In this document: positions 1-13,786 of the stretch, in pieces | Position numbering within the stretch: the stretch's first letter is position 1 | Layout: each line of letters opens with the position of its first letter | NCBI GenBank assembly: GCA_044892525.1 | Contig: CM097885.1 | Location: 4,528,001-4,592,000 of the forward strand | Source of the DNA: Schmidtea polychroa | Taxonomy: Eukaryota | DNA: 64,000 bases | Reading direction: 5' to 3' | Made by a program: the position numbers and the translations under genes | The notes under the pieces: model-generated | Seen by the model: the letters and a program-made list of their open reading frames with translations, nothing else | Database searches by the model: none | What the model was told of the DNA's origin: nothing

Positions 1-1
1 C

Positions 2-2767
2 GATAATTATATTCCACATCATCCTCAATTAGATATTATTCACCGATCTAAGGTTATAGGTGGTGAACCCATATATTTATTATTATTGGAAGACGGTAGT
101 AATTTTCATTACACCGCAGTTTTTAACTTACAAAAATTAATGAACTCACACCCTAACAGTGAATGCAGTGTTAAAATTAGAGTGAACTGGTGTCCTCATT
201 GTCTCAATGGTTTTCGACATGAAAAAGCATTTAACGTACATGTTGCACTATGCAGTAAGAATCAGATAGGTACTACTTTGTACACGCTCTCTAAAGATAA
301 AAATTTAATTTTTAAAGAATTATCCAAGAAAATCACCCCGCCATTCGTGATATATGCCGATTTTGAGGCAATCTTGCCTGAAGACATCACCCACCACCAA
401 AAACATATGCCAATAACAGCAGGCATGTTATTAATTAATAATTATAATAATACCAGATTTTATTATGAGTTTGTTGGTGATGATTGTGTGTTGTCTTTCT
501 TGCGTAAGGTGGAGGAAATTGCGGTCAAAATTGTCCTGCCATATTACGAAATTAATGGGAAAAAGCCCATGCAAACCTTGTCTTTCACTGAAGAGCGGGC
601 TTTTCGAGAATCCAGAACCTGTTATCTGTGTAAAAAATTCATTAGAGATAGAGTTAGGGACCATTGCCACTTCTCAGGCAAATATCTTGGTGCTGCTTGT
701 AGGAAATGTAATGTTTCTCGGCGAATTCAGAGACAGTTACCAGTTGTCTTTCATAATTTGAGGGGGTATGATCTCCATCATATTTTGAAGTATGGTTTGA
801 ATAATTTTCCTTCTTGGGAATTAAATATTATTCCGACTACTACCGAGAAATTCATCTCCCTCATCGCGTATATTAACAAATTGCCTGTTCGTTTTATTGA
901 CAGCATGCAGTTTGTTAATTCATCTTTAGCAAAAGCGGTTAAGACTCTTTCCGATCTGCCTTTAACTTCTTCTGTTTTTGATGGTGCAATTGTTCGAGCC
1001 AAAGGTATCTTTCCTTATGACTTTGCTACATCGCTTGAGGTTTTGGAATCGACTCTTGAACTACCTCCGATCTGGGATTCTGTGTCTAATGATGAGTATG
1101 CATTAGCCCAAGTTATTTGGGCTCAGCAAAATTGCAACAACATGTTAGATTACATGTTAACTTACCTTAAATTAGACGTGTTTCTCCTCACAGATTATTG
1201 TACACAATTCCGTGAAAAGGCCATTGCTTACAATGGTCTGGAGCCTCTTAATTTCTATGGTATTCCCGGTATGTCATGGGCCTCAGCGCTTATGACATTA
1301 ACGGAACCCATTGAACTTCTGCAGGATATGGAAATGTTTAATTTCTACGAAGGAGGAATACGGGGTGGGTTAACATTTGTTAACAAACATTATGTTGTAA
1401 GTTCTGAAGACACAGAACTCTTGTATATTGACATAAATAACTCGTATGGTTGGGCCTTAAGCCAAAAGCTTCCGTATGCTGACTTTGAATGGGTGTATGA
1501 TGATCTTGATTCTGTCTTGAATGAATGTATGAATGAGGATATTGAAAATCTTCCATATGGATATACAATAGAAGTGGATATTGATATCCCTCAGTGTGTG
1601 CATGATTTTTTAAATGATTTTCCGATTGCTTCGGAAAAGATGTGCCCGCCAAATTCTAAAGTTGAGAAGCTGATGCTCACGCATTGGCCGAAGAAGAACC
1701 ATGTTCTTCATTGGCGACTTCTCAAGTTGTATATAGAATTGGGGGCTATTATTAAAAATGTACATAGGGCAATTAAATTTAAGCATGCACCCATTTTTAA
1801 ATCGTACATAGACAAAAACACCAATTTACGAGCCAATTCTACATGTGAATTATATAGGGATTTATACAAATTATTTAATAATAGCTTGTATGGTAAATCG
1901 GTGGAGAATCTGAAAAAGCGGATGAATTTGAGGCTATGCAATTCAGCTGAAAAGATGATTGTATATGCATCAAAACCTACTTTCAGAAAATCTATCAAAA
2001 TTGCTGATGATCTGATTGCGGCTCATCTGGATAAAGATTATATATGTTTAGACAGACATAGCTATATTGGTCAAACAGTGTTAGATTTGTCTAAACTGAG
2101 GATGTACCAGTTACAGTATATAGAATTGTCTAAATATCGTTTAGAGTTTAACTGTGATATAAATATCGTTGCCGGTGACACTGACTCCTTTTTCTTAGAG
2201 ATAAAGCACTGTAAGCTTGACACTCTTTTGCCGGCAATGATTCGTGATAATCTTTTAGATACTAGCAATTATGATCCTGCTCATCCTTTGTATTCAAAGA
2301 GTTTGGATTCTGTGATAGGAAAATTTAAGGACGACAGTAAAGGGCTTGGTTATAAGGAGTGGGTTTTCTTAAGACCCAAGTGTTATAGTTTGTTGGGGGA
2401 TAAGGCAGCACTTAGGGCTAAGGGAGTTCAGCTTGGTAATACTGAGATAGGGCACCAGTCTTATTTAGACTGCTACAACAACAGCGTAGTATATACGATG
2501 CCACAAACTAGAATAGGGACGCGTAACCACCAGCTTCTTACGTTTAAAAATACCAAGATTGCATGGTCAAACAACGATGACAAACGATTATGGGTGGGGA
2601 AAAATTCAAGTCTCGCATTTGGACATTATTTAGGAATAGATGCCTTAGATGTTGATCAAGTAATTTCAGAAATTCGTCCACTATTCGGAGGTCGAAGTCT
2701 AGATTTCAATGATGTCAATGATGACAATGATATTAATATGACGTATTATTATCGAATTGATCTGTGA
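2..2767 (+). CDS. Protein-primed family B DNA polymerase (Polinton/Maverick-type) with inserted endonuclease VII-like zinc motif; 5' end lies outside the window
   Basis: Motifs YADFE (ExoI), VFHNLRGYD (ExoII), YLKLDV (ExoIII), LYIDINNSYG (A), YKLFNNSLYGK (B), AGDTDS (C), AKGV; CYLC...RDHCH...AACRKCN insert. The frame is open back to base 2, so the TTG at 86 is not the true start. Confidence 0.93.
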   Translation, partial: DNYIPHHPQLDIIHRSKVIGGEPIYLLLLEDGSNFHYTAVFNLQKLMNSHPNSECSVKIRVNWCPHCLNGFRHEKAFNVHVALCSKNQIGTTLYTLSKDKNLIFKELSKKITPPFVIYADFEAILPEDITHHQKHMPITAGMLLINNYNNTRFYYEFVGDDCVLSFLRKVEEIAVKIVLPYYEINGKKPMQTLSFTEERAFRESRTCYLCKKFIRDRVRDHCHFSGKYLGAACRKCNVSRRIQRQLPVVFHNLRGYDLHHILKYGLNNFPSWELNIIPTTTEKFISLIAYINKLPVRFIDSMQFVNSSLAKAVKTLSDLPLTSSVFDGAIVRAKGIFPYDFATSLEVLESTLELPPIWDSVSNDEYALAQVIWAQQNCNNMLDYMLTYLKLDVFLLTDYCTQFREKAIAYNGLEPLNFYGIPGMSWASALMTLTEPIELLQDMEMFNFYEGGIRGGLTFVNKHYVVSSEDTELLYIDINNSYGWALSQKLPYADFEWVYDDLDSVLNECMNEDIENLPYGYTIEVDIDIPQCVHDFLNDFPIASEKMCPPNSKVEKLMLTHWPKKNHVLHWRLLKLYIELGAIIKNVHRAIKFKHAPIFKSYIDKNTNLRANSTCELYRDLYKLFNNSLYGKSVENLKKRMNLRLCNSAEKMIVYASKPTFRKSIKIADDLIAAHLDKDYICLDRHSYIGQTVLDLSKLRMYQLQYIELSKYRLEFNCDINIVAGDTDSFFLEIKHCKLDTLLPAMIRDNLLDTSNYDPAHPLYSKSLDSVIGKFKDDSKGLGYKEWVFLRPKCYSLLGDKAALRAKGVQLGNTEIGHQSYLDCYNNSVVYTMPQTRIGTRNHQLLTFKNTKIAWSNNDDKRLWVGKNSSLAFGHYLGIDALDVDQVISEIRPLFGGRSLDFNDVNDDNDINMTYYYRIDL

Positions 2768-2825
2768 TTTAATATATCTTTTTATCTTTTAATGTCTTAA
2801 TTTATTATCATTTTTACGAAAACTA

Positions 2826-3353
<528 letters not shown>

Positions 3354-3405
3354 TAAAACAATAAAATGATAATTTAAGCCTTTTGCTGCAAATAATGTAT
3401 TTAAT

Positions 3406-3444
3406 GAAAGAATTTTCGACTATACGATAGTCCTTGTCAATCTC
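3406..3444 (-). ncRNA. Antisense copy of the same hammerhead-like motif in the inverted pLTR
   Basis: Exact reverse complement of 4675-4713. Confidence 0.6.
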
Positions 3445-3843
3445 CTGGAATTTAGCAATGTTCTTCTTCAAAATACCCTTCAATCTTTCTTTTATTTCCT
3501 TTCTCTTAATTCTCATTGGTTGTAAATATAATGAATTGTTTTACTAAAAACTTTTAAAATTTTTTACATTTAAAATTTCAAAATGACACAAACTAAAATT
3601 TTTAAATTTTTTACAGCTTCTATAATTAGCTTCTAGAAGCCTAATAAAATATTTGAAAAATTTGAAAATATTTTAAATAAAGCCTCCAATAACTACTTAT
3701 ATATGCTATTTAAATATTTCAATAAATGTGTCAATTTTGATTTTCAAACCCTATTTTTTAAAATTTTTTTTCTATATTATTCTAATTATTACTTTTTAAT
3801 TTATTCTTATTTTTTTAATTTCTTTGTATATTGTCAGTTATTT

Positions 3844-4269
3844 CCAATTCGGATAGCACATAAATCTTGGACATTGAGAAGGGCTCTGGCAGGCAACATA
3901 AATAGAGAAAACAATTGCACAATGAAAAACTGCCAGACACCGAAAGATATGTGCTTTAGAAAAAACATCGTCTATTGCATCACGTGCAATGTATGCAATG
4001 AAATCTACATTGGAAGTACCCTCAGGACATTGCACCAAAGAGTTAAAGAACATCTAGATCCTGGTGGAACATCCTCGTTGGGCAGACATCTCCGGCAGTG
4101 TCAGCCAACAGAGGAAAGAAAAAATATTTCAATAGAAATCATAGCTAATGGAAACATCCAAAAGAAAAATGTCAGAATCAAAGAAGCAATTCTCATAATA
4201 AACAGACAGCCAAAGATCAACACTAAAGAAGAAATCAATGAAATCATGAATTTGATCTGTTGTCATTGA
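3844..4269 (+). pseudogene. C-terminal GIY-YIG endonuclease domain of a Penelope ORF
   Basis: NCTMKNC...C..NIVYCITCNVCNEIYIGSTLRTLHQRVKEH...RHL...IKEAILI...PKIN, typical of the PLE endonuclease with CCHH motif. The ORF part before 3844 is antisense pLTR. Confidence 0.9.
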
Positions 4270-4674
4270 CTTTGAGAATAACTGACAATATACAAAGAAA
4301 TTAAAAAAATAAGAATAAATTAAAAAGTAATAATTAGAATAATATAGAAAAAAAATTTTAAAAAATAGGGTTTGAAAATCAAAATTGACACATTTATTGA
4401 AATATTTAAATAGCATATATAAGTAGTTATTGGAGGCTTTATTTAAAATATTTTCAAATTTTTCAAATATTTTATTAGGCTTCTAGAAGCTAATTATAGA
4501 AGCTGTAAAAAATTTAAAAATTTTAGTTTGTGTCATTTTGAAATTTTAAATGTAAAAAATTTTAAAAGTTTTTAGTAAAACAATTCATTATATTTACAAC
4601 CAATGAGAATTAAGAGAAAGGAAATAAAAGAAAGATTGAAGGGTATTTTGAAGAAGAACATTGCTAAATTCCAG

Positions 4675-4713
4675 GAGATTGACAAGGACTATCGTATAGT
4701 CGAAAATTCTTTC
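4675..4713 (+). ncRNA. Putative minimal type I hammerhead ribozyme, U3-A8 variant, in the Penelope pLTR
   Basis: GAGA-TTGACAA-G-GACTAT(cgt)ATAGTC-GAA-AATT-C-TTTC: core UUGAnAA, perfect 6 bp stem II, GAAA, palindromic AAUU stem III, stem I GAGA/UUUC. Confidence 0.65.
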
Positions 4714-4929
4714 ATTAAATACATTATTTGCAGCAAAAGGCTTAAATTATCATTTTATTGTTTTAAATAATAAATGCTGCTACCAAGCAATCATCATTTA
4801 ATAGTAATAATAGTAATATTAATAAAAATAGTAATCATAATAATAAAATGACTTTGTATTTACATAACCTTTGTTAAATTATTTTATTGTTTAAATAGAT
4901 GTATGTTTTATTGATTTGTTTAATAATAT

Positions 4930-5237
4930 CCTTGCGAGTTGTTGAGCTTGAGCAGTACCTTTGTGAGCAGTACCCATAAGGGGACAAAATATTTTGTCGG
5001 ATAACCTCGGACTATATATAATAATAACCCCTGTGTTTCAAAGACCTTTATTTTCAAATAATAATATCTCTTGTCGGGAACTCTCGAATTTCAAATTAAA
5101 AAAAAAATGAACTTTATATTAAAAAATTTGACCTTGAAAAGAATTTTAAAAATTTCTCCTAGAGGGGGGGGGGTATGTGATCCAGCGGACCCCTGATCTA
5201 GCGGACCCCTGATCTAGCGGACCCCTATCCATCTACT
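4930..5237 (+). mobile_element. Polinton/Maverick right terminus (TIR end) no. 1
   Basis: tgaccttgaaaa, G tract, 3x gatc(c/t)agcggacccct, ends CCATCTACT (5'-AGTAGATGG on the minus strand). It lies downstream of PolB, and hAT coding sequence starts at the next base. Confidence 0.75.
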
Positions 5238-6950
5238 CCCATGGTGTGCAACTGGCCGTAATTGAAGTACTATATCAAAAGCAAAATATAGAAACAGATC
5301 AGCAATTCGACGAAGACGAACTATCAGAAGTAGAACACGATTTTTCGGAGAGTAACGACCATGAAATTTTTTCTGACAACGAAGAATTGGTTGATCTCAA
5401 TTCTGGTCATAGTCATGGAGGAAACCAAAGTGATGTTACTGAGATAAATTCCGCTCCAGTGATCAATAAGTTACGAAAATTGATAGTAATGTTCAGACGA
5501 TCGCCAACAAAAAACGATATCTTTCAGAAATATGTTGCGGCTGAATTTGGGAAGCAAATAACTCTAATAAAAGATTGCAAGACTAGGTGGAACAGCCTTT
5601 TGTCAATGCTTGAACGTATCTATTTATTAAAAAATTGTATTCAAAAGGCATTGATAGACATAAGTCTACCTGAAGGTGAATCATTTGCTTTATCTAATGA
5701 TGAGCTTAAAATGATATCTTCTATCATTAGTGCTCTAGTACCAGTAAAAGCAACAGTCGAGGCCCTTTGTCGTCGGGATGCTAGTCTGTTCACAGCCGAT
5801 GTTGCTATAACTTTTATGTTAAAAAAACTTAAAGATTCTAACAACATTATATGTCAAAAATTGCATTCAGCTCTCATTCTTCGCATGCAACAAAGGCGGA
5901 CAGATATCAGTGGTGTACTTCAGTATTTACATAATGGTAGGACAAACGTTCAGTCCGAATCTGAAATAGCGCTCGTAACAGTTCCATCTGCCGTAAAATT
6001 TCGCAAAATAATAGTTGAGTTACTCGAAAGATTAGATGCTGCAAATCCAGCTACAGCACTAACAGCTCATGAGTACGAAGTTGAATCTTCTGTTTCAAAT
6101 GAGGCACCTATCGAAATTGTTTCAGATTCTTCTGATTCTCCATCTGAATCTCTTTCCTTTTCTCTTGAACAACCTTTAACTATTGCAGACAAGCTCAATA
6201 AAGCTATAAAACAAGCACATTTTCCGAGGATGCCAATTCGATGTGAGATGCTGTCAGCGAAAATTCAAAAGGAAATGGTATTGTTTGAAAATGGAGGAAC
6301 ACGTGGTGATTTTTTGCAAAGAGCGTATGATTTTCTAATGACAATCAAACCAACCAGTGTAGAGTCCGAACGTGCCTTTTCTGCGGCCGGACTTTTTGCA
6401 ACGAAAATAAGAAGTCGTATGGGCGATGAAACTTTGGATGCACTATGCTTTCTTAAAAGTTATTTTAAAAATAACAAAGAATAATTAGGTATTTTTTTAT
6501 AATTATTTAATAATTAAAAATGTAACTTTAACAATGAACTCTTTATAATTTATTAATTAAGAATATTATAAACATAATGAATTTGATGTATAATATTATA
6601 AAAACATTTATTTTCTTTATAATTTAATAAACTATTTTTTATAAACTTATTTTTGAATGTGTCATTTTTTTTAAATACCTGTTCTTGAAATATATTAACG
6701 GGATTTTTAAATACCTGTTCTTGAAATATATTAACGGGATTTTTAAATACCTGTTCTTGAAATATATTAACATATTATTTTAACAATGTTAATCTCTTTC
6801 TTTTTCTATTAATTTGGTTAAAATAGTATGTTAATATATTTCAAGAACATGTATTTAAAAATCCCGGGACTAATCCCGGGATCCCGGGATTAGGAAAATG
6901 CAATCCCGAAATCCCGGGATTGAAAATATAGCACGGGATTGCCAACCCTA
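5238..6950 (+). mobile_element. 3' part of a hAT DNA transposon, including the right TIR
   Basis: Ends ...GGGATTGCCAACCCTA (TAGGG-type TIR) with subterminal ATCCCG repeats 6860-6920 and three ~32 bp tandem units at 6672-6770. Confidence 0.85.
5246..6484 (+). pseudogene. hAT transposase, C-terminal 412 aa (5'-truncated by the Polinton end)
   Basis: HGVQLAV (end of CxxH motif), DCKTRWNS, and C-terminal dimerisation motif TIKPTSVESERAFSAAG...RSRM. Confidence 0.92.
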
Positions 6951-7105
6951 ATCCCGATGGATTCAAAGCTGGAAAAGGGACACATCTTTCTGTTTTCTTT
7001 TTCATAATGCGCGGTGAAAACGATGTACTTTTGCAATGGCCTATGAAACTGGAAGTGACATATTGCTTTAATGACGAATATATTCGACAAATATACGGAG
7101 AGGGT
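6951..7105 (+). pseudogene. TRAF MATH-domain exon fragment (not in the ORF track), cut by the hAT insertion
   Basis: Translates PDGFKAGKGTHLSVFFFIMRGENDVLLQWPMKLEVT, matching the TRAF2/3-type GKGTHLSxFFxxMRGExDxLLxWP motif. Confidence 0.85.
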
Positions 7106-7669
7106 TAAAGTAATTCCATGGCGTTTTTTTCTTTCCGTTAATTTTGCTGTAAAATAATATTATTTTTAAAAAATTATAATCAATAAAAATTAATAAGTAA
7201 TAAAAACTAATTAAAATTTACCTTTTACAGAAACCTTTAACGTCGAATCTGTGATGAATTTTTTGTTTAATTATATATAATAATATTCACACAAAAAATC
7301 TCCTCAGGTTTATTCGTATTTGTGCACTTGATGAACTGTGGCAAAAGGTGTTGCACTGTACATATTACTTATAAGCAAGGATGTCAAAATTTAACTATAT
7401 AAATTTAGCAACTCTTTTGAGAAACGACTTGTCTTTCCGGCCTGGCTTTTTTTGACATCAAACGAGCCATCAAATGTATCGGAATTGCCTCAGATGGCCG
7501 CTCGCGACTCCAATATGTCCAGATAAATTAGATATAATGGGGGTCATAAAATATTAATATTTCTTGGAAATGTGAATCCATTTATTTTGTGTTGAAGTGG
7601 TCCATGAAAAACCAGTCACCAAATAAATACTACGGAAAATATAATTAAAATACATAATTTTTAACGAAA

Positions 7670-7771
7670 TTAATATCTTTCCGTATTTACCAGTTTTTTT
7701 TATTTTTAATATCGGTAATACCGAAGATGTAGTTGTCGCAAAAACCGGCATTACCGGTATTAGAATCCCTA
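7670..7771 (+). mobile_element. Right end of another hAT-type element
   Basis: Subterminal TACCG/CGGTA repeats ending ...GAATCCCTA. Confidence 0.55.
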
Positions 7772-7789
7772 CACCTGTATGGACTGGCT

Positions 7790-8125
7790 TGAGCTGCAAA
7801 GTTCTTACAATTAAGGGAAAAGCCAGAATCGAACATTGTTTGTCTAAGAGACAGTGCCCTAAAGCGCCAAATAGAAGAAAATAGAAAAAAATAGGATCCG
7901 ATTTCATTAAGCATTTTGTTCTGTGGGGCAACTCAAATAACATTTAGAGGAAAAACAAGTGCAAGTGCAAAAAGCGCAAAGCTTCTAGGATTTCAGGATT
8001 GATGCAGGAGATGAAGTACTCAAAAATCATTTGGAAACTTCACGAGCCAATGCAAGATACACATCTGTGTGTGTAGAACATCAGCTAATCAAGTTAACTG
8101 AAGAAGCCATAAGGGAAGAATAAAA
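7790..8125 (+). pseudogene. Degenerate hAT transposase N-terminal fragment (P52rIPK/ZMYM1-like)
   Basis: KALLGFRIDAGDEVLKNHLETSRANARYTS...QLIKL can be read at ~7978-8120; frameshifted upstream. Confidence 0.7.
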
Positions 8126-8236
8126 TAGGAATTGTAGTAAATCCATCAATGACAATAAAAAAATCAATTTTAGTCTGTTTTCACTTCACCCAATGGAAAT
8201 GTTGAAACTACCAAAAAAATGAATTCAAAGCTCACA

Positions 8237-8449
8237 AATTCTGACCAACTTAAATCAATGAAAGGGTATGACAAAAATATATTACGTTGCGGAATTTTAA
8301 AGTTTAAATATATTTTAAAAACTTATTTTGACACTAAAGTTTACTTAATTAACAAAGACATAATTATTGCACATGCTTTGCATAAATATTATTATTTTTT
8401 AAATTTTCAATATTTTCTTTTGAAGTATTAACACGCGCGGGAGTTATTA

Positions 8450-8500
<51 letters not shown>

Positions 8501-9705
8501 GTGTAAAATATGGTTTACACACACACAACCCATTATTATTATTATCAATATTAAAAACTTAAAATATTTTCTACACACACAACCCATTAACAATTATTAT
8601 TATCAATATTAGTGAAAACCTAAAATATTTTCTACACACATATACAACCCATTAAACGTTATTATAATTATTATTATCATTATAATTAGTCAAAAACCTA
8701 AAATATTTTTTTACACACTAAGTTATGGGGTAGAGAATTATTATATTTTTGCAGTATTCTGTGTTTGCCTTTACAGGAAATTGTCAATAACAAGCGATAA
8801 TTTACAATTTTACACACATTCTATATACACATACCTTGTTTAACATAGGTGTATATAGTCAGAGTTTATCCGACAAAATATTCTGTCCTCCTATGGGTAT
8901 TGCTCATATGGGTAATGGTCACAAGGGTACTACTCACACTCAATATGTCGCAAGGGTTTTCGATCTTAAAGCATATTATGGTTTATTAAGGTTAGTAAAT
9001 AAAACTTATCACACATACTATTTTTAATAATATTAAAACGATAAAAATCAAGACAAGAGAGGACAAGGCAAAGTGTATGCATTTAGTATTGCCAGGCCTA
9101 ATGAGCAGTGACCAAATATCTGTGCCTGAAAGACACGGTGGATATTTGTTCACGTCCACAAGGGTCGTCTGTGGCTCCTCTAAGTGAAGTCAGAAGAACC
9201 TGGGCATTATAGTTCTCCGTACGGAACATTACGCCTAGCATGGGTAGTCAACTACCAGCACATTCGAAACGTATAAAAATACATTACAAAATACATGCGT
9301 CATTGGCACTATAACCAAATTAATTAATGTTTTCAATAACAACAATATATATTTACAGAGGCCTCCCACTAGTTGGATTACAACCGCCCACCATGACGAT
9401 CAGCTTGTAAATATATATTAATTAAGGGATAAAGAGGACCCACCCAACCCTATTATATTTAATTTACAAATGGTTTCTCGCTTTTCTGTTGGTAATCTAT
9501 CTCAAAATTATTATCTCCATCGGGCCATTTGATAGTGATTTCATGGAATACATCTTGCAAGTTGGACGTATTTCTTTGCTTAGTGACTCTGATGTGGTGG
9601 CAACTTTCATTGCTAAAATTTGTATTGATTTAAAAGCAATTAACTTACAAATGTTATCTAACATTTTATCGTCACAAATTAAATTCTGCCTGACTAATAG
9701 GCAAT
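8237..9705 (-). repeat. Left arm of a ~1.5 kb inverted duplication
   Basis: Reverse complement of 12635-14209 with indels; the central 9210-9540 part is near-identical to 12800-13130. Confidence 0.92.
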
Positions 9706-12184
9706 AGTTTTTAAATTTTAAATAAAAATTAATTTTTAATGAGGTTAATAATCAAGTGATAGGATAAATTTTGATGATGATGACTTTGTAATGATATTGA
9801 ATTTGACTAAATAATTTTTTCATATATTTTTCTAAGAATATTTACACATTGATGAACTTTAAAATATTGAAAATCTAAAGTTGAAACCACCTAATTTTTT
9901 CACGATGATGATATATTTGAAATCTACTTGAAAATTATTGTAAAATATACTGAAATTTAGTTTGAAAGATATATCATGTTGTAATGGCTATAATTAGTTG
10001 AATCGATGAAGAATCAATGAGATATTATCATCTCTAGTTAGGTATTTGATGATACATGTGGTTAAATATTTATTTTAATGAATTTTGATCTTTAAGTGGA
10101 CTCTTACTACATGAATTTAGCTACTAAATTATTTCAATGGAAGAATGTTTGTAACAATTAAATAAAATTCATATTTTGAAGAATTTCCTATGGATTTTAA
10201 GAGAATTGATACATTAAAGTCGATTGGATTTAGTGAAGGTTCGGTTAAGATGGTAATATATGAGTTTTAAGGGGGTTTTTAAAATGCTAGAAATATTTGG
10301 TGAGGGATAGGTTAAGGTGGACATGTTTTGAAATCTCTATTTAAATCGACAATGTTCTTATTGGTAAAATATCAAATTTTTAAAGGAAATAGTCAGTATT
10401 TAGCTATGAATTAATAATAATTCCAGTGAACTTATATCGTTTCAGAGTTTTATTAGGTCGTGATGAATTTTATTGCACAGTAATTTAGATTTATGTTTTA
10501 GAAAAAGTTTTTATTAATTATCCACTGTTTTATTAAGTCGTTTAGGGTTAATGATCTATTTACTTGGTTTTGACAATGAAATATTTGAAATCTTTAAAAT
10601 TAATTGGGATTGATATCAAAGGTTATTTCTTTAAATTATTTTATTTAAGAAGTTATTTTATTCATTGTGAGGATATCAGTGAAGGAAATTTATAATTTTA
10701 ATTAGATTTCTAGAAATTAAATCGGTTGAATATTAAGGGTAAAATCTATTGAAGGAATATTGTTATCGGATGGATAAATCTTTCAATGATATTTTGCTAA
10801 ATTACCTTTGCTAAATATTATTTTAAATCACTAAAAATGAGAAAATTAAGCAATATTCATAAATTGATGGCACAAAATATCCATGTTTTGGTTACTCAAA
10901 CATCTTAAATTTCTCGCGAAGATATATTACGTCTAATGATCATCTAATTAAATTAGAAAAGAATTGTAACCCTATATGAACATGTATTTTTAACTAATAA
11001 GCACCTTATTTGGTTAAATGATAACCAAATGATCTATTATTATGACTCTAACTCCTTTAAATATTTTTGCCTCGAACAAAGACAGAAATTTACTTTAAAT
11101 GAATTGTTGAATGTTGTTGTTATTAAACTATGTATTTCTCACGAAGTTATATAAATTATATTAACTATTGTAACGAACATTAGATGAATAAATTACCTTT
11201 TGCTTTAAATATCTGAAAAGTTAACCAATAAATTAGTCGCTCAACATAAGAATTCGGTAAGTTACATTTAAAATATTCACGAATTTCTGATCATCTCACT
11301 AAATTACCTAAGAATTTCTAACTGATTAATATACCCTTGCGACATGTTGAATGTGACTAGTACCTTTGCTAGCAATACCCATATGGGGACAGAATATTTT
11401 GTCGGATAAACTCGCAGTATATGGTCTTTATTGATATATCAAAATACTGTTATTTATAAATTAACTAAAACATACTCAAAAATACTATATTATTTTACTG
11501 AATGATACCTTAAATATTTTTAATATACCTATTTCTAAAATAAATCAACAGCTCAGACCAACAACATGTATAGATGACCACCCATTGTTAATTTATTTCC
11601 AGTGTCACGTCCCTCAAAAATACCGTGAGTATTTTTACAAAATTGAGCTAAAAGAAACTTTCCAGATAACAACTCACCTGAATGTTTTGAACAAAAATGA
11701 GCGAAATTGAGAACAAACGATTAGATGGCGATTAACTTCTGGCCACAACCCTAAATATATAACATGAAAATTAAGATTTTAATTATTGAATTCGTTGTTT
11801 TCTGCCTGGAAATACTAACAGAATATTTTTTAATTCAAAGAATCTTCATTATAAATTTTTGAATTTAAAAAATTAAATGAAGGATATATTAAATTTACAA
11901 TACATATTATTATAATATTATATAAAATTATACTGTATTTATTAATAAATTTAGAATACATAAAATTATAATATTATAATATTATATAAAATTATACTAT
12001 ATAATAATGTTAATGTTTAAATATGCTTAAATAACTAAATTGTTTAAATATTTTTAAATAACTAAATTTAAATTATTTAAATAAACTTTTCATATAACTT
12101 TATTTCTTTCGTTTAGTATCCATAAAGTAAGTAAATAAAGAATTTACTACAATATTTTAATTATTTTACTTAGTAATGAAGAAA

Positions 12185-12362
12185 ATGAATTATATAATTA
12201 TGAAGAAGATGAACCAGACAAAATGGTGAAATACTAAAGGACTTATGTTCTGGATTTAGAGATTTCTTATTAAAACATGAATTATATAATTATGAAGAAG
12301 ATGAACCAGACAAAATGGTGAGACACTAAACGACTTATGTTCTGGATTTAGAGATTTCTTAA
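12185..12362. repeat. Direct tandem duplication (~90 bp unit)
   Basis: atgaattatataattatgaagaagatgaaccagacaaaatggtga...gatttagagatttctta occurs twice. Confidence 0.85.
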
Positions 12363-12634
12363 ATGAATTAGCTGATTGTGGGTGTCCTTCAACATGAATG
12401 TTTAATTATCAGACTTAAATTATGTAAACTTTCTTTCAACGAATGTCAAGAAAAATGGGGAAAACCGATGTTCTAGCAATTAAGTAAAGTACTAGTCATA
12501 CCTGAAGAAAATGAAAGATTTCGAATGTAAGACATGAATTAATTCTTTAAAATATATATATTATATTTAGGTATCTGTGTTTTATGGTGGGAATTGATAA
12601 GAAATGATATTGAAAAAGTATACCACAAATAACA

Positions 12635-13786
12635 GTTGCCTAAAAGTCAGAAAGAATTTAATTTGTGACGATAAAATGTTAGATAACATCTGTAAGTTAA
12701 TTGTTTTTAAATCAATACAAATTTTAGCAATGACAGTTGACACCGCATCAGAAACTAAGCAAAGAAAAACGTCCAATTTGCAGGATCTATTCCATGAAAT
12801 CACTATCAAATGGCCCGATGGAGATAATAATTTTGAGATAGATTACCAACAGAAAAGCGAGAAACCATTTGTAAATTAAATATAATAGGGTTGGGTGGGT
12901 CCTCTTTATCCCTTAATTAATATATATTTACAAGCTGATCGTCATGGTGGGCGGTTGTAATCCAACTAGTGGGAGGCCTCTGTAAATATATATTGTTGTT
13001 ATTGAAAACATTAATTAATTTGGTTATAGTGCCAATGACGCATGTATTTTGTAATGTATTTTTATACGTTTCGAATGTGCTGGTAGTTGACTACCCATGC
13101 TAGGCGTAATGTTCCGTATGGAAAACTATAATGACCAGGTTCTTCTGACCCCACTTGGGGAGGCACAGACGACCCTTGTGGACGTGAACAAATATCCACC
13201 GTACCTTTTTGGCACAGATATTTGGTCACTGCTCATTAGGCCTGGCAATACTAAATGCATACACTTTGCCTTGTCCTCTCTTGTCTTGATTTTTATCGTT
13301 TTAATATTATTAAAAATATTATGTGTGATAAGTAGTACCCTTGTGAGCAATACCCATAGGGGGACAGAATATTTTGTCGGATAATCTCTGACTATAGACA
13401 CCCATGTTAAACAAGGTATGTGTATATAGAATGTGTGTAAAATTGTAAATTATCGCTCCTTATTGACAATTTCCTGTAAAGGCAAACACAGAATACTGCA
13501 AACATATAATAATTCTCTACCCCATAACTTAGTGTGTAAAAATTATTTTAGGTTTTTGACTAATTATAATAATAATAATAATAATAGTATAAAATGATGA
13601 TTGCTTGGTAGCAGCATTTATTATTTAAAACAATAAAATGATAATTTAAGCCTTTTGCTGCAAATAATGTATTTAATGAAAGAATTTTCGACTATACGAT
13701 TGACAAGGACTATCGTATAGTCGAAAATTCTTTCATTAAATACATTATTTGCAGCAAAAGGCTTAAATTATCATTTTATTGTTTTA

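Larger units (their letters stand above)
3354..4800 (+). mobile_element. 5'-truncated Penelope-like element: inverted pLTR copy + GIY-YIG fragment + pLTR with short 3' tail
   Basis: 489 bp inverted repeat 3354-3842 / 4277-4765 flanking a GIY-YIG coding piece; the right copy has a ~35 nt tail (aataataaatgctgctaccaagcaatcatc); both sides abut AAT-rich tracts. Confidence 0.88.

Noticed and set aside
3703..4416. Two ORFs with identical N-termini on opposite strands
   Set aside because: Artefact of the inverted pLTR; only 3844-4269 is genuine coding sequence.
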